Below are positions 37,453-47,563 of a stretch of DNA of 64,000 nt, piece after piece. The stretch is from NCBI GenBank assembly GCA_964534225.1, contig CAZHNW010000003.1, forward strand, positions 27,224 to 91,223. The letters are read 5' to 3'. Position numbers and translations under genes: made by a program. The DNA is from an uncultured Leptospirales bacterium. Its GTDB lineage: Bacteria > Spirochaetota > UBA4802 > UBA5550. Numbering within the stretch: the first letter of the stretch is position 1; every line of letters starts with the position of its first letter. A model generated the notes under the pieces. That model made no database searches, was not told the origin of the DNA, and saw nothing but the letters and a program-made list of their open reading frames with translations.

Positions 37453-37977
37453 CTATTGTTCTCCTGAAATCTCGTCAACAAGGGCTGAAAAGAGGGTGAT
37501 GACATCAGCAGTTGATTTTCTCAGGCGTGAGCTGATCTGCTGCGCGATGGCCCGTGTGACAGAGAGGCCGATGGAAGGATTTTCGTCACCGAAACGGATA
37601 AAATCCTTTCGGTTTATCACAAGGCACTGGCATTCGCTTTTTGCCATAACAGTGGCAGAACGCATATCATTGTCGATAAGGGCCAGTTCTCCCACGTAGA
37701 CGCCTCCCATGCGGTCATGGAGCGTGGTTACCGTATATTTCTCATTCTGAAGGGTCTTTTTTAGAATATCGATTTCACCTGACAGTATGATGTAGAGTTC
37801 ATCTCCATGTTCTCCCTCCTCGATTATTTTTTTTCCCTTACGGAAGGTGCGGGTGCTGCAGATACTGCTGATTTTATCGATGACGTCTTCATCATGGGCA
37901 CACATACTGAAGATGTCTACCTGTTTCAGTTTGTTCTTGATGCTTTCGTTTGATACGGTTTTCGGTTTCATCATCAC
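37453..37977 (-). CDS. stand-alone cyclic nucleotide-binding domain protein
   Basis: [36 protein letters not shown] phosphate-binding cassette; no HTH. Confidence 0.88.
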   Translation of the reverse strand: MMMKPKTVSNESIKNKLKQVDIFSMCAHDEDVIDKISSICSTRTFRKGKKIIEEGEHGDELYIILSGEIDILKKTLQNEKYTVTTLHDRMGGVYVGELALIDNDMRSATVMAKSECQCLVINRKDFIRFGDENPSIGLSVTRAIAQQISSRLRKSTADVITLFSALVDEISGEQ

Positions 37978-39215
37978 TTTCTGCCTTCTATGATAATGGC
38001 TTTGCTGTGTTTTTTTAAGACATAATCAGGTTGTGGATTGATAACAGGGAGGTTCGCCGCCAGGGTCTTTACTTCCTTGAGGTTATCAACCAGTTTTGAG
38101 ATATCCGGTGTCTTCTGGGCTTCTCGTATCGCCTCGGTTTTCCTGTTAAAGAAGTTGCCCGTGTTTTCCAGAAGGCCAATCAGTACCGAGCGGTCCCGTT
38201 CAAGGTAGTACTTGAACAGGTCCTCGTAGGATGTGCCGATATATTTTGCCGGGACGTCAATGGTTGCAATGGAGATATCCGCCTGAACGTTCAGGAGTTC
38301 ACTGATGACATGTGATATGCCACTTCCTGCGGAGGCGTTGGCAATGAGTGACCGGTTGTAATCACTTGAGAGGATTATTTCATCGCAGTTGGAGAAGGTG
38401 AGATAGCGTTCGAATTTTGAATCGAGAAGTTCCGCACAGGTATATACCGACTTGCTTATTGATTTTATGGTAATAATTGCCATGACAGTGCGGCTGTCAA
38501 CTTCCTGCACTGACCCCTGGACAAGCCTGTCTGCCAGGACCAGTACCCTTTTTGCGTACTTGAGGTTGGCTCGGGCCAGGACGCGCTCATCGATGTAGTC
38601 GCCATTGATGTAGTTTATCTGGCTGTATTCCGGGTCGGCCTTGAGATTTTCAATCTCTTCGGGGTCAACCGTGTTTATCAGTACGATTTCAGAAGGAAGG
38701 AACTGCATGTTTTTGTCCATGACATCCTTCAGTACCGCCCCCATGTCTCTTTTCCAGCCACAGATGATGAAATGGTTTTTCAATTTCAGGTCTTTCAAAC
38801 CTTTTTCCTCCTTGAGTTGTTTCTCCACGAGAAATGAAGCAATATTACCGGTGATAACACCAACGAGGGATATGCCGAAAAACATCAGCAGGACCCCGAC
38901 AACGCGGCCCGAGGGGCTGACGGGATAATGGTCACCATACCCTACTGTAGTGGAAGTTACAAAGGTCCACCAGAAGGAATCCTGCAGGTTTTTAATGTTA
39001 CTGCCCCTGCCGGTATCAATGACCTTTTTGCCGTTTTCCAACTTGTAGACAACATAGTTGCTTTCTATATAGAAGATGGCCACGGAAAAGGAGATCAGTA
39101 TGGTCGTACCAATTAAAAGAAGCTTGAAGAGCATGCTGCGCCGTGTTCTGGTCAGCACCTGCCTCAGGGCCTTGCTTCTGAAGACCTTTTCATAGATGAG
39201 GGAGAAAATGTGCAT
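37974..39215 (-). CDS. 2-TM potassium channel with RCK domains
   Basis: [15 protein letters not shown] filter; HFIICGW RCK Rossmann fold; ADRL, DSRTV. Confidence 0.9.
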   Translation of the reverse strand: MHIFSLIYEKVFRSKALRQVLTRTRRSMLFKLLLIGTTILISFSVAIFYIESNYVVYKLENGKKVIDTGRGSNIKNLQDSFWWTFVTSTTVGYGDHYPVSPSGRVVGVLLMFFGISLVGVITGNIASFLVEKQLKEEKGLKDLKLKNHFIICGWKRDMGAVLKDVMDKNMQFLPSEIVLINTVDPEEIENLKADPEYSQINYINGDYIDERVLARANLKYAKRVLVLADRLVQGSVQEVDSRTVMAIITIKSISKSVYTCAELLDSKFERYLTFSNCDEIILSSDYNRSLIANASAGSGISHVISELLNVQADISIATIDVPAKYIGTSYEDLFKYYLERDRSVLIGLLENTGNFFNRKTEAIREAQKTPDISKLVDNLKEVKTLAANLPVINPQPDYVLKKHSKAIIIEGRK

Positions 39216-39340
39216 ACCGTATCCCTTCGCTTTGGGTTATCGCTGTATTAATAATCGTACATAAATTGAGGTTTATTGAACTAAAAACAGTAGTGCCGGT
39301 CATTGCAGGATGAAAAAAGGGGGCTTCGCCGTGATTATGT

Positions 39341-40129
39341 CTATTTTAGGGCTTTTTCAAGCCTGGCGGCTTCTTCTTTCAGGAAGGTGATGATGCGGTC
39401 ACGTACTGATGAGCGCAGGATGGTGATATGTTTATGGAAGTCAAAGCGGAGTTCTTTTTCTCCCGATGCATAGGCGCTGTGCCAGATAAAGGCATCAGTG
39501 AGGGGGGCCAGTGATTCGGGATCGGTCTTTACGGCAGGAAAAAGGTTCAGTGATCTTTTGTAGACCGACCTGAAGCTGCGTCTCCCTTTTTCTCTGATAT
39601 AGAAGCATATCTGGAACCGGGAACCCTGGGGATAGACGGGCCATGCACCGCGAAGAAAATCGTGGCCGCTGATGCGGTAGACTGCCTGCGCCTGTGAATG
39701 ATTTTTTATAAACTTTAGCTGTATATAATAATTGCAGTCAAGGTTATTGCGAAGGAGATTGTGCCTGCTTTTTTTACTCTTTAGATATTTTTTTGGCATT
39801 TCTTTGATGTTGCTGTTAAGTACCTTCTGGAAGGCGAGAAGGGCGGCATTGTTGATCTGCCGTATTGTTGCAGGATAGAGAAGGGTGCTGCTGGCAGTGA
39901 CACGGTGAGCAAGGCTGAAGGATGGAGAATGATCCCGTGGTTCTTCAGCGGTAAGGTATATCATGTAGGGGGCGGCGGGTAACCCCACCAGGTATACCCT
40001 GTTTGCTCCTGAGAGTTGTTCTCCCGGCAGGGTGCTGACGCTGGTACACCCGAGAGAGCTACAGAGAATAATGGCGGCAAGTGAGATTATTACATGATGA
40101 AGAAGGGCGGGCTCTGGTCTGTTATTCAT
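39341..40129 (-). CDS. hypothetical lipoprotein
   Basis: Lipobox SSLGC; no family recognised. Confidence 0.6.
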   Translation of the reverse strand: MNNRPEPALLHHVIISLAAIILCSSLGCTSVSTLPGEQLSGANRVYLVGLPAAPYMIYLTAEEPRDHSPSFSLAHRVTASSTLLYPATIRQINNAALLAFQKVLNSNIKEMPKKYLKSKKSRHNLLRNNLDCNYYIQLKFIKNHSQAQAVYRISGHDFLRGAWPVYPQGSRFQICFYIREKGRRSFRSVYKRSLNLFPAVKTDPESLAPLTDAFIWHSAYASGEKELRFDFHKHITILRSSVRDRIITFLKEEAARLEKALK

Positions 40130-41189
40130 GCAGAAGGTTCCTTTTGATCCATGTCTTGGGAGACTCTTCTATTTTCTCTAAAATTTTCAGGGTTTCCAGC
40201 ATTTTTTTTAAATTTTTTCCTTCTTTTCTGTAGAGGTGGTAGAAAAGGGAGAGGTCTCTGCCGTAACGGATGAAGGAGAGGACAAAGGCGTTGTTCCATT
40301 CGTTGCGGGTATACCACTGGTATGATTTTTCGCTGAGGCGCCCCTGGAAGCGGCGAAGAAATTTTTTCTTTGATGCCGCAAAGAGTTTTTCTTTTTTTTT
40401 CAACATTTTTTCTTTTGAAAGTGAACTGCTGTAGAGGGCTGAGAGCTCTTCATGGAACTGCCTGAAAAAAGCATAAATAGCTTCAGTGGTATCGATCTGC
40501 CGCAGGGCGTTACGGTAATCGGCGCTTTCCCTGCCTGTGGTGGCGGCAAGGTAATGGAGGCCGCCGACACGGCCCGTGAAGGTTGCCAGTTCCTCATTGA
40601 ACTGTACATGATCGTCAAGGTAGAGGGTGGCGTGTGTCTGTTCATGGATGATGAGACGTGCCAGGGAAAAATGACTGTACCGGGCAAAGTAGGAATAAAC
40701 CGGGTCGGAGAGAATTCCCAGGGTGCTGAATGCCGCGGAGGTTCGCAGGTAAACATCAAGGCCTTTTGCTTTCAGAATGGATGCTTCTATTTTAGCATCA
40801 TCTTCAGTGAAAAAGCCGAGATAGGGAAATGATCCAAAGAGGGGAAAGTGCCATCTCTCCGGTTTCAGGGAAAGGGGATCAGCGGCAGAAAGGACATAGT
40901 TGATGAAATGACGCTCAATCTTTACATAACGGGTATAATTGTCATTGTCCCTGAGGCCGAAATTGTTGATGGCATGCTTTTTTATCTGGTCAATGCGTTG
41001 AAAGAGTTGTTTTTCATTTTTGCTGAGGTGGCCTTTTTTTTGAAGTGAAGAAATTTTTTCCGCGGAAAGGTAATATTTAAAAAGAAAGAACCCCTGCTTT
41101 ACCAGGTAGGGGGGGCGCAAAAGAAGAAAGACTGCAGTGCCGCAGAGAAGTATAACAGGGATGAGAATTTTTTTCTTTGAGGATATCAT
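40122..41189 (-). CDS. predicted zinc-dependent aminopeptidase (exported)
   Basis: WHFPLFGSFPYLGFF, AFSTLG..SDP, LIIHEQTH, FNEELATF. Start trimmed to ATG 41189. Confidence 0.85.
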   Translation of the reverse strand: MISSKKKILIPVILLCGTAVFLLLRPPYLVKQGFFLFKYYLSAEKISSLQKKGHLSKNEKQLFQRIDQIKKHAINNFGLRDNDNYTRYVKIERHFINYVLSAADPLSLKPERWHFPLFGSFPYLGFFTEDDAKIEASILKAKGLDVYLRTSAAFSTLGILSDPVYSYFARYSHFSLARLIIHEQTHATLYLDDHVQFNEELATFTGRVGGLHYLAATTGRESADYRNALRQIDTTEAIYAFFRQFHEELSALYSSSLSKEKMLKKKEKLFAASKKKFLRRFQGRLSEKSYQWYTRNEWNNAFVLSFIRYGRDLSLFYHLYRKEGKNLKKMLETLKILEKIEESPKTWIKRNLLHE

Positions 41190-41229
41190 TACAGCCGGCT
41201 TGAGGATGCTTTTTCTCTCTTGAATCCTT

Positions 41230-41982
41230 TCAGTACCGGGGCGCCTTTTCTGATGATTGGAAAAGCTTGCGCGGCATGACAGCCAGGCCCGCAAGAAGTG
41301 AAAGGCTGATAATGGCAAACATTGTAACAATGATAAGAATCAGCATCTGGTTTTTGATAACCGTTACCCGCTGCAGAGACACACCGATAAGAAAAGCCCC
41401 CCAGTGACGTTTTTTCACGAATACGGGGGCACCCACGTTCCACATTTTTTCCCCTGTATCACGATTGTAGAGGACCCGAATTGTTTCATCGCCATTATAT
41501 TTCAGGGCTTCCTTGATTCCCGGTGTATCACCGAAAATTCTTTTGCTTCGGCTGTTGGCAAGGTCCTGTTTCAGATCACCGGTAACAGGTTTTGAATAGC
41601 GGGAATTGTGAGTGGGAACATAGCCGTTTCGGTCGATGAGGATGGCATAATCAATATCGGGATCGCGCAGGTATTCGTCTTCGATTTTTAGGATATAGCG
41701 GTCGAAGATGGTATCATAGAGGGTATGGTATTTTTTCGGTTTTGTTCCCGGAATAAGGCGGTACCTGGTATCAAATATCTGTTTTTCTGTGAGGATTCTT
41801 CGGTCCAGCATAAACTCAAGGAGACTGCTCATGGTACGGGCGCCTGTCAATGCTTCTATACGGGCTTTTTCGAAGAGCTGGTCTTCAAGTTTTTCAAATA
41901 TCAGGCTGATAATGAAGTACGACCCGACACAGAGGACAATACAGAGGCCGAAAATCAGGGCTACTTTATTTTTAAAATTCAT
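41230..41982 (-). CDS. membrane-anchored Cache-like (MCP-type) sensor domain without output domain
   Basis: TM - IPGTKPKKYHTLYD...IDRNGYVPTHNSRYSKP.TGD...RSKRIF...RDTGE.MW..APVFV..RHWGA - TM - short tail. Start trimmed to ATG 41982. Confidence 0.75.
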   Translation of the reverse strand: MNFKNKVALIFGLCIVLCVGSYFIISLIFEKLEDQLFEKARIEALTGARTMSSLLEFMLDRRILTEKQIFDTRYRLIPGTKPKKYHTLYDTIFDRYILKIEDEYLRDPDIDYAILIDRNGYVPTHNSRYSKPVTGDLKQDLANSRSKRIFGDTPGIKEALKYNGDETIRVLYNRDTGEKMWNVGAPVFVKKRHWGAFLIGVSLQRVTVIKNQMLILIIVTMFAIISLSLLAGLAVMPRKLFQSSEKAPRY

Positions 41983-42009
41983 GCACGTACCTTGTTGTTT
42001 TTCTACATG

Positions 42010-42039
42010 ATTATGGTGATTAATATCACCTGTTGTCAA
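42010..42039 (-). promoter_or_regulatory. sigma70 promoter containing a CRP/FNR-like palindrome in its spacer
   Basis: Minus strand TTGACA-N18-CATAAT; GGTGAT-TAAT-ATCACC at 42015-42030. Confidence 0.55.
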
Positions 42040-42110
42040 TGTTTTTTCTTTGCTTGACGAAATCACGCGGGAAGTAATCAATGAATGGATCAGGGTAAAA
42101 GGTTTGTCTT

Positions 42111-42887
42111 ATGAAGAAAAATATATACGCAACTCTTGTAGTTGTCCAGTTTCTTCTTCTTTTCCCCTTTGACGTTTCAGGGGGAGTTAAGAATTATTTC
42201 ACCGCGGCAATGCGCGAAAAGTCTTTGAAGGGGAAGATTTTGAGCCGCGTTACCGTTTACGGCAAAACAGTGTCGAACTTCAGCAGGAAGAGCCGCGTTC
42301 CGGTACCTTCTTTTTCCTTCCTTCCACCAGATATTCACCGCTATGAAATCCTTGCCGAGGAGAGGGCATTTTTCTCCGTACCTGAAAAAGATGCGGTAAA
42401 GAAACTGATCCGTGTCCTGGTCTCCTTTAAAAAACTGAAGGGCATGCGGTACTATTCCACGGGGAGCAGTGCCGTGAAGAGATTGATTCTCGATTCGGCA
42501 CCAGTTTCTGCTGCCCCGTCAGGAAAAAGGGGACGGGTCTACCGCATAAAGGATAACCGTTTCGGCTGGCAGTCTTTTCGACAGCAGATATATACTAAAG
42601 GTGCGACTGTTGTTGTCTTTAACCAATCCCTGCAACCAATGAAACGATTCGGTTCATCCATTAACCGCGCCGGGGAGTCGCTCATGGTCTATGTCTTTCA
42701 TCATGATCCACGGAGAAAGGGTTTTTTTTACTATGGTTTTCACGCCCAGCGGGTTCGCAGTACCACATTCAGGGGTCTCGGCCTTCCCTCTGCGGCGAGT
42801 ATGGGCAACAGGCTCAGAGCCAGTACTGTTCACCTTGCGAAAATGCTGGGCAGTGACTGGAGCAGACACATCAGGGCTTTTCCCTGA
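42111..42887 (+). CDS. exported protein, DUF6675-like
   Basis: Signal peptide; LKGMRYYS..LILDS, KDNRFG, FYYG resemble a spirochaete DUF6675 family. Confidence 0.55.
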   Translation: MKKNIYATLVVVQFLLLFPFDVSGGVKNYFTAAMREKSLKGKILSRVTVYGKTVSNFSRKSRVPVPSFSFLPPDIHRYEILAEERAFFSVPEKDAVKKLIRVLVSFKKLKGMRYYSTGSSAVKRLILDSAPVSAAPSGKRGRVYRIKDNRFGWQSFRQQIYTKGATVVVFNQSLQPMKRFGSSINRAGESLMVYVFHHDPRRKGFFYYGFHAQRVRSTTFRGLGLPSAASMGNRLRASTVHLAKMLGSDWSRHIRAFP

Positions 42888-42914
42888 GAATACACGTGAC
42901 GCCGGAGAAGAAGC

Positions 42915-44072
42915 ATGGATATTGCCTTAACCAGAAAACAGGAAATGATTCAGAAATATATGCGCATGTTTTCACGACAGGTCCTGGAGGAGTGGTCGCA
43001 TTACCTTGACCGGGAATCAAAACCCCTGCCGCGGGAGATCATTGATGAGATGGGGCGCATGAATATATGGGGTATCCAGGCTCCAATTGATCTCGGGGGC
43101 GGGGGGCTCGATTCGGTGAGCTATTCTATTGTCATCGAAGAAATATCACGGGTCAGCGGCGCCACGGGCCTTGGTGTGACAGTCCATAATTCTGTCTGTC
43201 TCGCTCCCCTTTTGAAATTCGGTACACCTGAACAGGTTGAACGGCTGGTACCTGACCTTGCATCAGGAAGAAAGATCGGTGGGTTTACCGTAACGGAACC
43301 GAATGCGGGTTCTGACGCATCCGGCATCATGACAACAGCAGTGCCTGATGGCGATGATTATATTCTCAACGGCCAGAAGGCCTTTGTTACCAATGGCGGT
43401 GTTGGTGATGTTTTTCTTGTCGCCGCGGTGCATGATCGCAGCAAAAAATCCCGTGGTATCGGTATCTTTATTGTTGAAAAGGGTATGGAGGGCTTTTCTG
43501 TCGGCAAGGTCGAGGATATGATGGGAATGCGGGGAAACATGGTTTCGGAACTGGTTCTGGATAGTGTACGTGTCCCCAAAGAAAATATTCTTGGAAAACT
43601 CACCGATGGTTTTAGAATATCGATGCAGACCCTTGACATGGGGCGTATCGGAATTGCCGCCCAGGCTCTTGGTATCGGTACCGCCGCTTTTGAGGCGGCG
43701 GCACAGTACGCGGCGGAGAGGAAACAGTTCGGGAAACCCATCGGGGCTTTTCAGGGTGTGAACTTCAAGCTGGCGGAGATGAAGACGAAGCTCGATGCGG
43801 CGCGGCTTCTGATTTACCGTGCCGCATGCCTCAAAGACCGGGGGCTGCCCTATTCATCTGAATCTGCCATGTGCAAGTACTATGCCTCGCAGACAGGTAT
43901 GGAGGTCTGCCAGGAGGCGCTGCAGATTTTCGGCGGGTACGGTTACGTTAAGGAACTCCCCGTGGAAAGATATTTCAGGGACGTAAAGATAACCCAGATC
44001 TACGAGGGAACATCGGAGATTATGAAAATAATTATCGGTTCTTCCATTGTAAAGAAATTCAGCCGCATGTAG
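42915..44072 (+). CDS. acyl-CoA dehydrogenase (butyryl-CoA dehydrogenase-like)
   Basis: TEPNAGSDA, LNGQKAFVTNG, GRIGIAAQALG, RKQFGKPI, GGYGY..E.PVERYFRD..ITQIYEGTSEI. Confidence 0.95.
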   Translation: MDIALTRKQEMIQKYMRMFSRQVLEEWSHYLDRESKPLPREIIDEMGRMNIWGIQAPIDLGGGGLDSVSYSIVIEEISRVSGATGLGVTVHNSVCLAPLLKFGTPEQVERLVPDLASGRKIGGFTVTEPNAGSDASGIMTTAVPDGDDYILNGQKAFVTNGGVGDVFLVAAVHDRSKKSRGIGIFIVEKGMEGFSVGKVEDMMGMRGNMVSELVLDSVRVPKENILGKLTDGFRISMQTLDMGRIGIAAQALGIGTAAFEAAAQYAAERKQFGKPIGAFQGVNFKLAEMKTKLDAARLLIYRAACLKDRGLPYSSESAMCKYYASQTGMEVCQEALQIFGGYGYVKELPVERYFRDVKITQIYEGTSEIMKIIIGSSIVKKFSRM

Positions 44073-44115
44073 CTGTTACGAAAAGAGCAAAAGGAAAAAG
44101 AGACAGGAAAATATT

Positions 44116-44919
44116 ATGGCAGAAAAAAATCTCAATATCCTTGTCTGCGTCAAGCAGGTTCCCGATTCGCATAACGTTAAAGTCGACCGGGGGAGCGGCC
44201 TTCTTTTGCGTACCGGTGAAACTTCCATCATGAACCCTGATGATGCCCATGCCATGGAGCTGGCCGTCTCCCTTCGTGAGCGTTACGGGGGGGAAGTTGT
44301 CGCCATGACCATGGGACCCGACCATGCTTCAGATGTTCTCTATGAAGCATGTGCCCTCGGCGCTGACCATGCTGTTCTCGTGACAGATGAGCGTTTTGCC
44401 GGGTCTGATTCATACGTGACAGGAAAGATACTCTCCCGCAGTATTGAACATTTCGGAAAATTCGATATCATTATTACCGGTGTTGAGGCTATCGACGGGA
44501 GTACCGCAAGCGTGGGATTTCATATCGCGGAGTTTCTTGGTATCACCCTCCTGCGGCAGGTTCACCGTATCGATATCATTGACGGGAGTGTGGAGGTCGA
44601 ACGCCTCTGCGGCCATGAGTTCCAGAAGGTGAGGGTTAAACTTCCTGTCATCATCGCCGCGAACAAGGAGACTAACAGTGTGCGGTTCCCCAGCCTCAGT
44701 GACATCAGCAGCTGTTATGAAAAACACATTCACCGCATAAGCATGGAGGATATCGGGGGGAAGGAAGAAGAATACGGCCTGAAGGGTTCGCCCACTATCG
44801 TGGTTGATTCTGAGTCTTTCAGTCACCGCCGCGGCCGGGAAAAAATCAAAGGCACCACTGAAGAAAAGGCTGAGGCCCTGATCCATGAGATGAAGCGCCT
44901 CGATATACTGAAGTTTTAA
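44116..44919 (+). CDS. etfB: electron transfer flavoprotein beta subunit
   Basis: VCVKQVPD, MNPDD, MTMGP, FAGSD, GLKGSPT. Confidence 0.93.
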   Translation: MAEKNLNILVCVKQVPDSHNVKVDRGSGLLLRTGETSIMNPDDAHAMELAVSLRERYGGEVVAMTMGPDHASDVLYEACALGADHAVLVTDERFAGSDSYVTGKILSRSIEHFGKFDIIITGVEAIDGSTASVGFHIAEFLGITLLRQVHRIDIIDGSVEVERLCGHEFQKVRVKLPVIIAANKETNSVRFPSLSDISSCYEKHIHRISMEDIGGKEEEYGLKGSPTIVVDSESFSHRRGREKIKGTTEEKAEALIHEMKRLDILKF

Positions 44920-44934
44920 AAAGGCAGGAAGAAA

Positions 44935-45978
44935 ATGCACGCTTCACAGCAGCAACACCGGGGAATATTTGTTTTTACCGAAATCCAGGACCACGAGCGG
45001 GTCCTCGAGGGGGCACTGGAACTTCTCACCAGGGCGCGGGCCCTTGCTGACCGCCTTGACGAGAAACTCTATGCCGTTGTCCTTGCCCTTGACGCGGAGG
45101 ATTACCTTGACGAGATTGATGAATACGGTCCCGATGTCATCCTCTACGGGAGCCACCGCGACCTGAAACATTATGACAGTGAAATTTTTCCCGATATTTT
45201 CGAGGAACTTATCAGTACTTACCGCCCCTCCATTCTCCTTGTTCCCTCAACAGAAGCGGGTAATGACCTTGCACCGCGCATGTCGAATCGTTTTCATACG
45301 GGGCTGACTGCTCACTGTACTGAACTCGATATTATTGATTCTGATACATACGGTCCTGGCCTGCTTCTCATGAAGCGTCCCGCCTTCAGCGGCAACATGA
45401 TGGCCTCGATCCTCTGTCCCGAAAAGAGGCCGCAGATCGCCACGGTACAGCCCGGGGTTATGAAACGGCAGAAGGTCACAAAAGGGAACAAAGCGGAAAG
45501 AATTGTCATTCCCTTTGAATCCCCTGCGAGGGAATTGAAGATAGTCCAGATTAAAGACCCCCTCCGATGGGACCGCTGTTCTGTTTCCCTTGAAGAGGCG
45601 GATATTATTGCTGCCGGGGGAAGGGGCCTTTTAACGAAAGAAAATTTTGACCTTCTTTTTGAACTGGCGTCAATTCTCGGCGGCGAGGTTGGGGCAACCC
45701 GGGTGCCGGTTTTCAATGACTGGTGCGAGGAGGGAAGAATGATCGGACAGACGGGCAGGACCGTGCGTCCCCGTCTCTATATCGGTTTCGGTATCTCCGG
45801 GCAGATTCAGCATACAACCTCCATTGTTGATTCAGAAATCATTGTCTCTGTTTCAATAGACGAGTCGGCTCCTTTGAATGAACTTTCCGACTATGTCATC
45901 AATGAGGATGCGGGTCGTTTTTTAAAAATGCTCATTGAGAAACTGAAACAGGAGCGTATCACCTTTGCCTGTACATGA
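44935..45978 (+). CDS. etfA: electron transfer flavoprotein alpha subunit
   Basis: TGLTAHC, RPAFSGN, AGGRG, GQTGRTVRP.LYI..GISGQIQH. Confidence 0.93.
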   Translation: MHASQQQHRGIFVFTEIQDHERVLEGALELLTRARALADRLDEKLYAVVLALDAEDYLDEIDEYGPDVILYGSHRDLKHYDSEIFPDIFEELISTYRPSILLVPSTEAGNDLAPRMSNRFHTGLTAHCTELDIIDSDTYGPGLLLMKRPAFSGNMMASILCPEKRPQIATVQPGVMKRQKVTKGNKAERIVIPFESPARELKIVQIKDPLRWDRCSVSLEEADIIAAGGRGLLTKENFDLLFELASILGGEVGATRVPVFNDWCEEGRMIGQTGRTVRPRLYIGFGISGQIQHTTSIVDSEIIVSVSIDESAPLNELSDYVINEDAGRFLKMLIEKLKQERITFACT

Positions 45979-46336
45979 AAAATGGAAACTTCTCTATGAC
46001 GGGGAGTGTGAAACCTGCAGGCGTTTTGCTGAAAAGGTACGGCGTTTTGACCGCACTAACAGTATCGAAACTGTCTCTCTCCAGGACCATTATATCGATG
46101 ACCGGTCCATTCCTCTTGAGGAACTTTTAAATGACCTGCACATGGTAAGCAGCAGCGGTACGGTAGTGCGCGGCGGCGAGGCTGTGGCTCAGATCATTTC
46201 TCTGGTACCGGCGGCACGGCCTTTTCGCTGGATGGTTGAGACATCCCCCGGCAGAAGGGGAAGTGATCTCGTCTACCGTATACTTAAGCGCCGGCATCGC
46301 TGCCCCCATTGTAAGAAAGGCCTGCCGGGAAGATAA
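45965..46336 (+). CDS. DCC1-like thiol-disulfide oxidoreductase (DUF393)
   Basis: LLYDGECETC (DxxCxxC) at the N terminus. Confidence 0.8.
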   Translation: MPVHEKWKLLYDGECETCRRFAEKVRRFDRTNSIETVSLQDHYIDDRSIPLEELLNDLHMVSSSGTVVRGGEAVAQIISLVPAARPFRWMVETSPGRRGSDLVYRILKRRHRCPHCKKGLPGR

Positions 46337-46552
46337 CCTCAACAGCTGAGAGCCTTTATTCTCAGGCGGATGCACTGGAAAAGGTTATGCCATTCTTCAA
46401 GCTCAGGGAAAGGATATCCTCTCTGATTCCTGCTGAAAGGAATGATGAATAAATATTGAAAATGTCTTGCATTCATGGTTTCCTTCCTGATACCGTATGG
46501 TGAAATGTAAGGGGAACCCTGCTGCCCCTTTACGGTTACGGGAGGATCATGA

Positions 46553-47557
46553 ATGACCATGAATGAACATTATTCTGCACTCTGCGCTAAAATGGGACTG
46601 CCATCATCTCAGGCATTAAAAAAAATATGGGAGACCCTCTGTTCCGAAGAGGAGGCTCTTATTGCACTTTCGCTTCCCGGTGAACCTGCAGCCCTGGCTG
46701 AAAAAACCGGCATCCCTCAAGGCACGGTAGAGAACCTGCTGCGGAGACTTTTCGAAAAGGGGGCTGTTTTCAAGGGCCACCGCGACGGGGCTGTAATCTA
46801 CAGGCTGGCCAAAAATATTGTTCAGTTTCATGATGGCAGCATACTCTGGGACGGGGCAACAGAGGAGTTCTATGCGCAGTGGCGCGAGGTAATGGATGTT
46901 GATTTTTCAGGCATGATGCGCGGCCTTCCTGAAACGGTGCAGCTTCCCTCTTTCATGAGGGTCATTCCCATACAGGAAACCATAGAGAAGAAGAGCAGTG
47001 TCCTTCCCTACGAGGAGTGTGTGCACCTGATCGAAAATTCAGAAAAACTGGCTGTTGTCAAGTGTCCCTGCCGCGTGAGCCAGAAGAACTGTGACGCACC
47101 CGTCGAAAACTGCCTGCAGCTCAACCGCGGCGCGGAATACACCCTTGACCGCGGCCATGGCCGTGAAATTTCCCGCGACGAGGCATACGCAATCTTGAAA
47201 GAGGCAGAAGAGGCAGGGCTGGTTCATCTTATGGAGGACAAGGGCTATGGCAATGCCATCTGTAACTGCTGCAGCTGCTGCTGTGAAATGTTCCGGCTGC
47301 GGGAAAGTGCAGGCAGGGACTGGATTCTCTCCCCCAGCAGGTACCGGGCTGAAGTGGATATCTCTCTCTGTACCGGATGCGGTTCCTGTGAAGATGTCTG
47401 TCATGTCAATGCCATAACCATCGGGGAAACAGCACAGGTCAGCGGGGAACTCTGCCTCGGCTGCGGACTCTGTGTCGCCGCCTGTCCTGTCGGGGCACTT
47501 GTTATGGAAGAATCGAGGCCGCAGGAACATATCCCTGTAAAAAAAGGCAGGGCATAG
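46553..47557 (+). CDS. 4Fe-4S binding protein with N-terminal HTH-like region and Cys-rich core
   Basis: CPCR, ICNCCSCCC, C-terminal CTGCGSCEDVC and CLGCGLCVAACP. Confidence 0.85.
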   Translation: MTMNEHYSALCAKMGLPSSQALKKIWETLCSEEEALIALSLPGEPAALAEKTGIPQGTVENLLRRLFEKGAVFKGHRDGAVIYRLAKNIVQFHDGSILWDGATEEFYAQWREVMDVDFSGMMRGLPETVQLPSFMRVIPIQETIEKKSSVLPYEECVHLIENSEKLAVVKCPCRVSQKNCDAPVENCLQLNRGAEYTLDRGHGREISRDEAYAILKEAEEAGLVHLMEDKGYGNAICNCCSCCCEMFRLRESAGRDWILSPSRYRAEVDISLCTGCGSCEDVCHVNAITIGETAQVSGELCLGCGLCVAACPVGALVMEESRPQEHIPVKKGRA

Positions 47558-47563
47558 TATACC

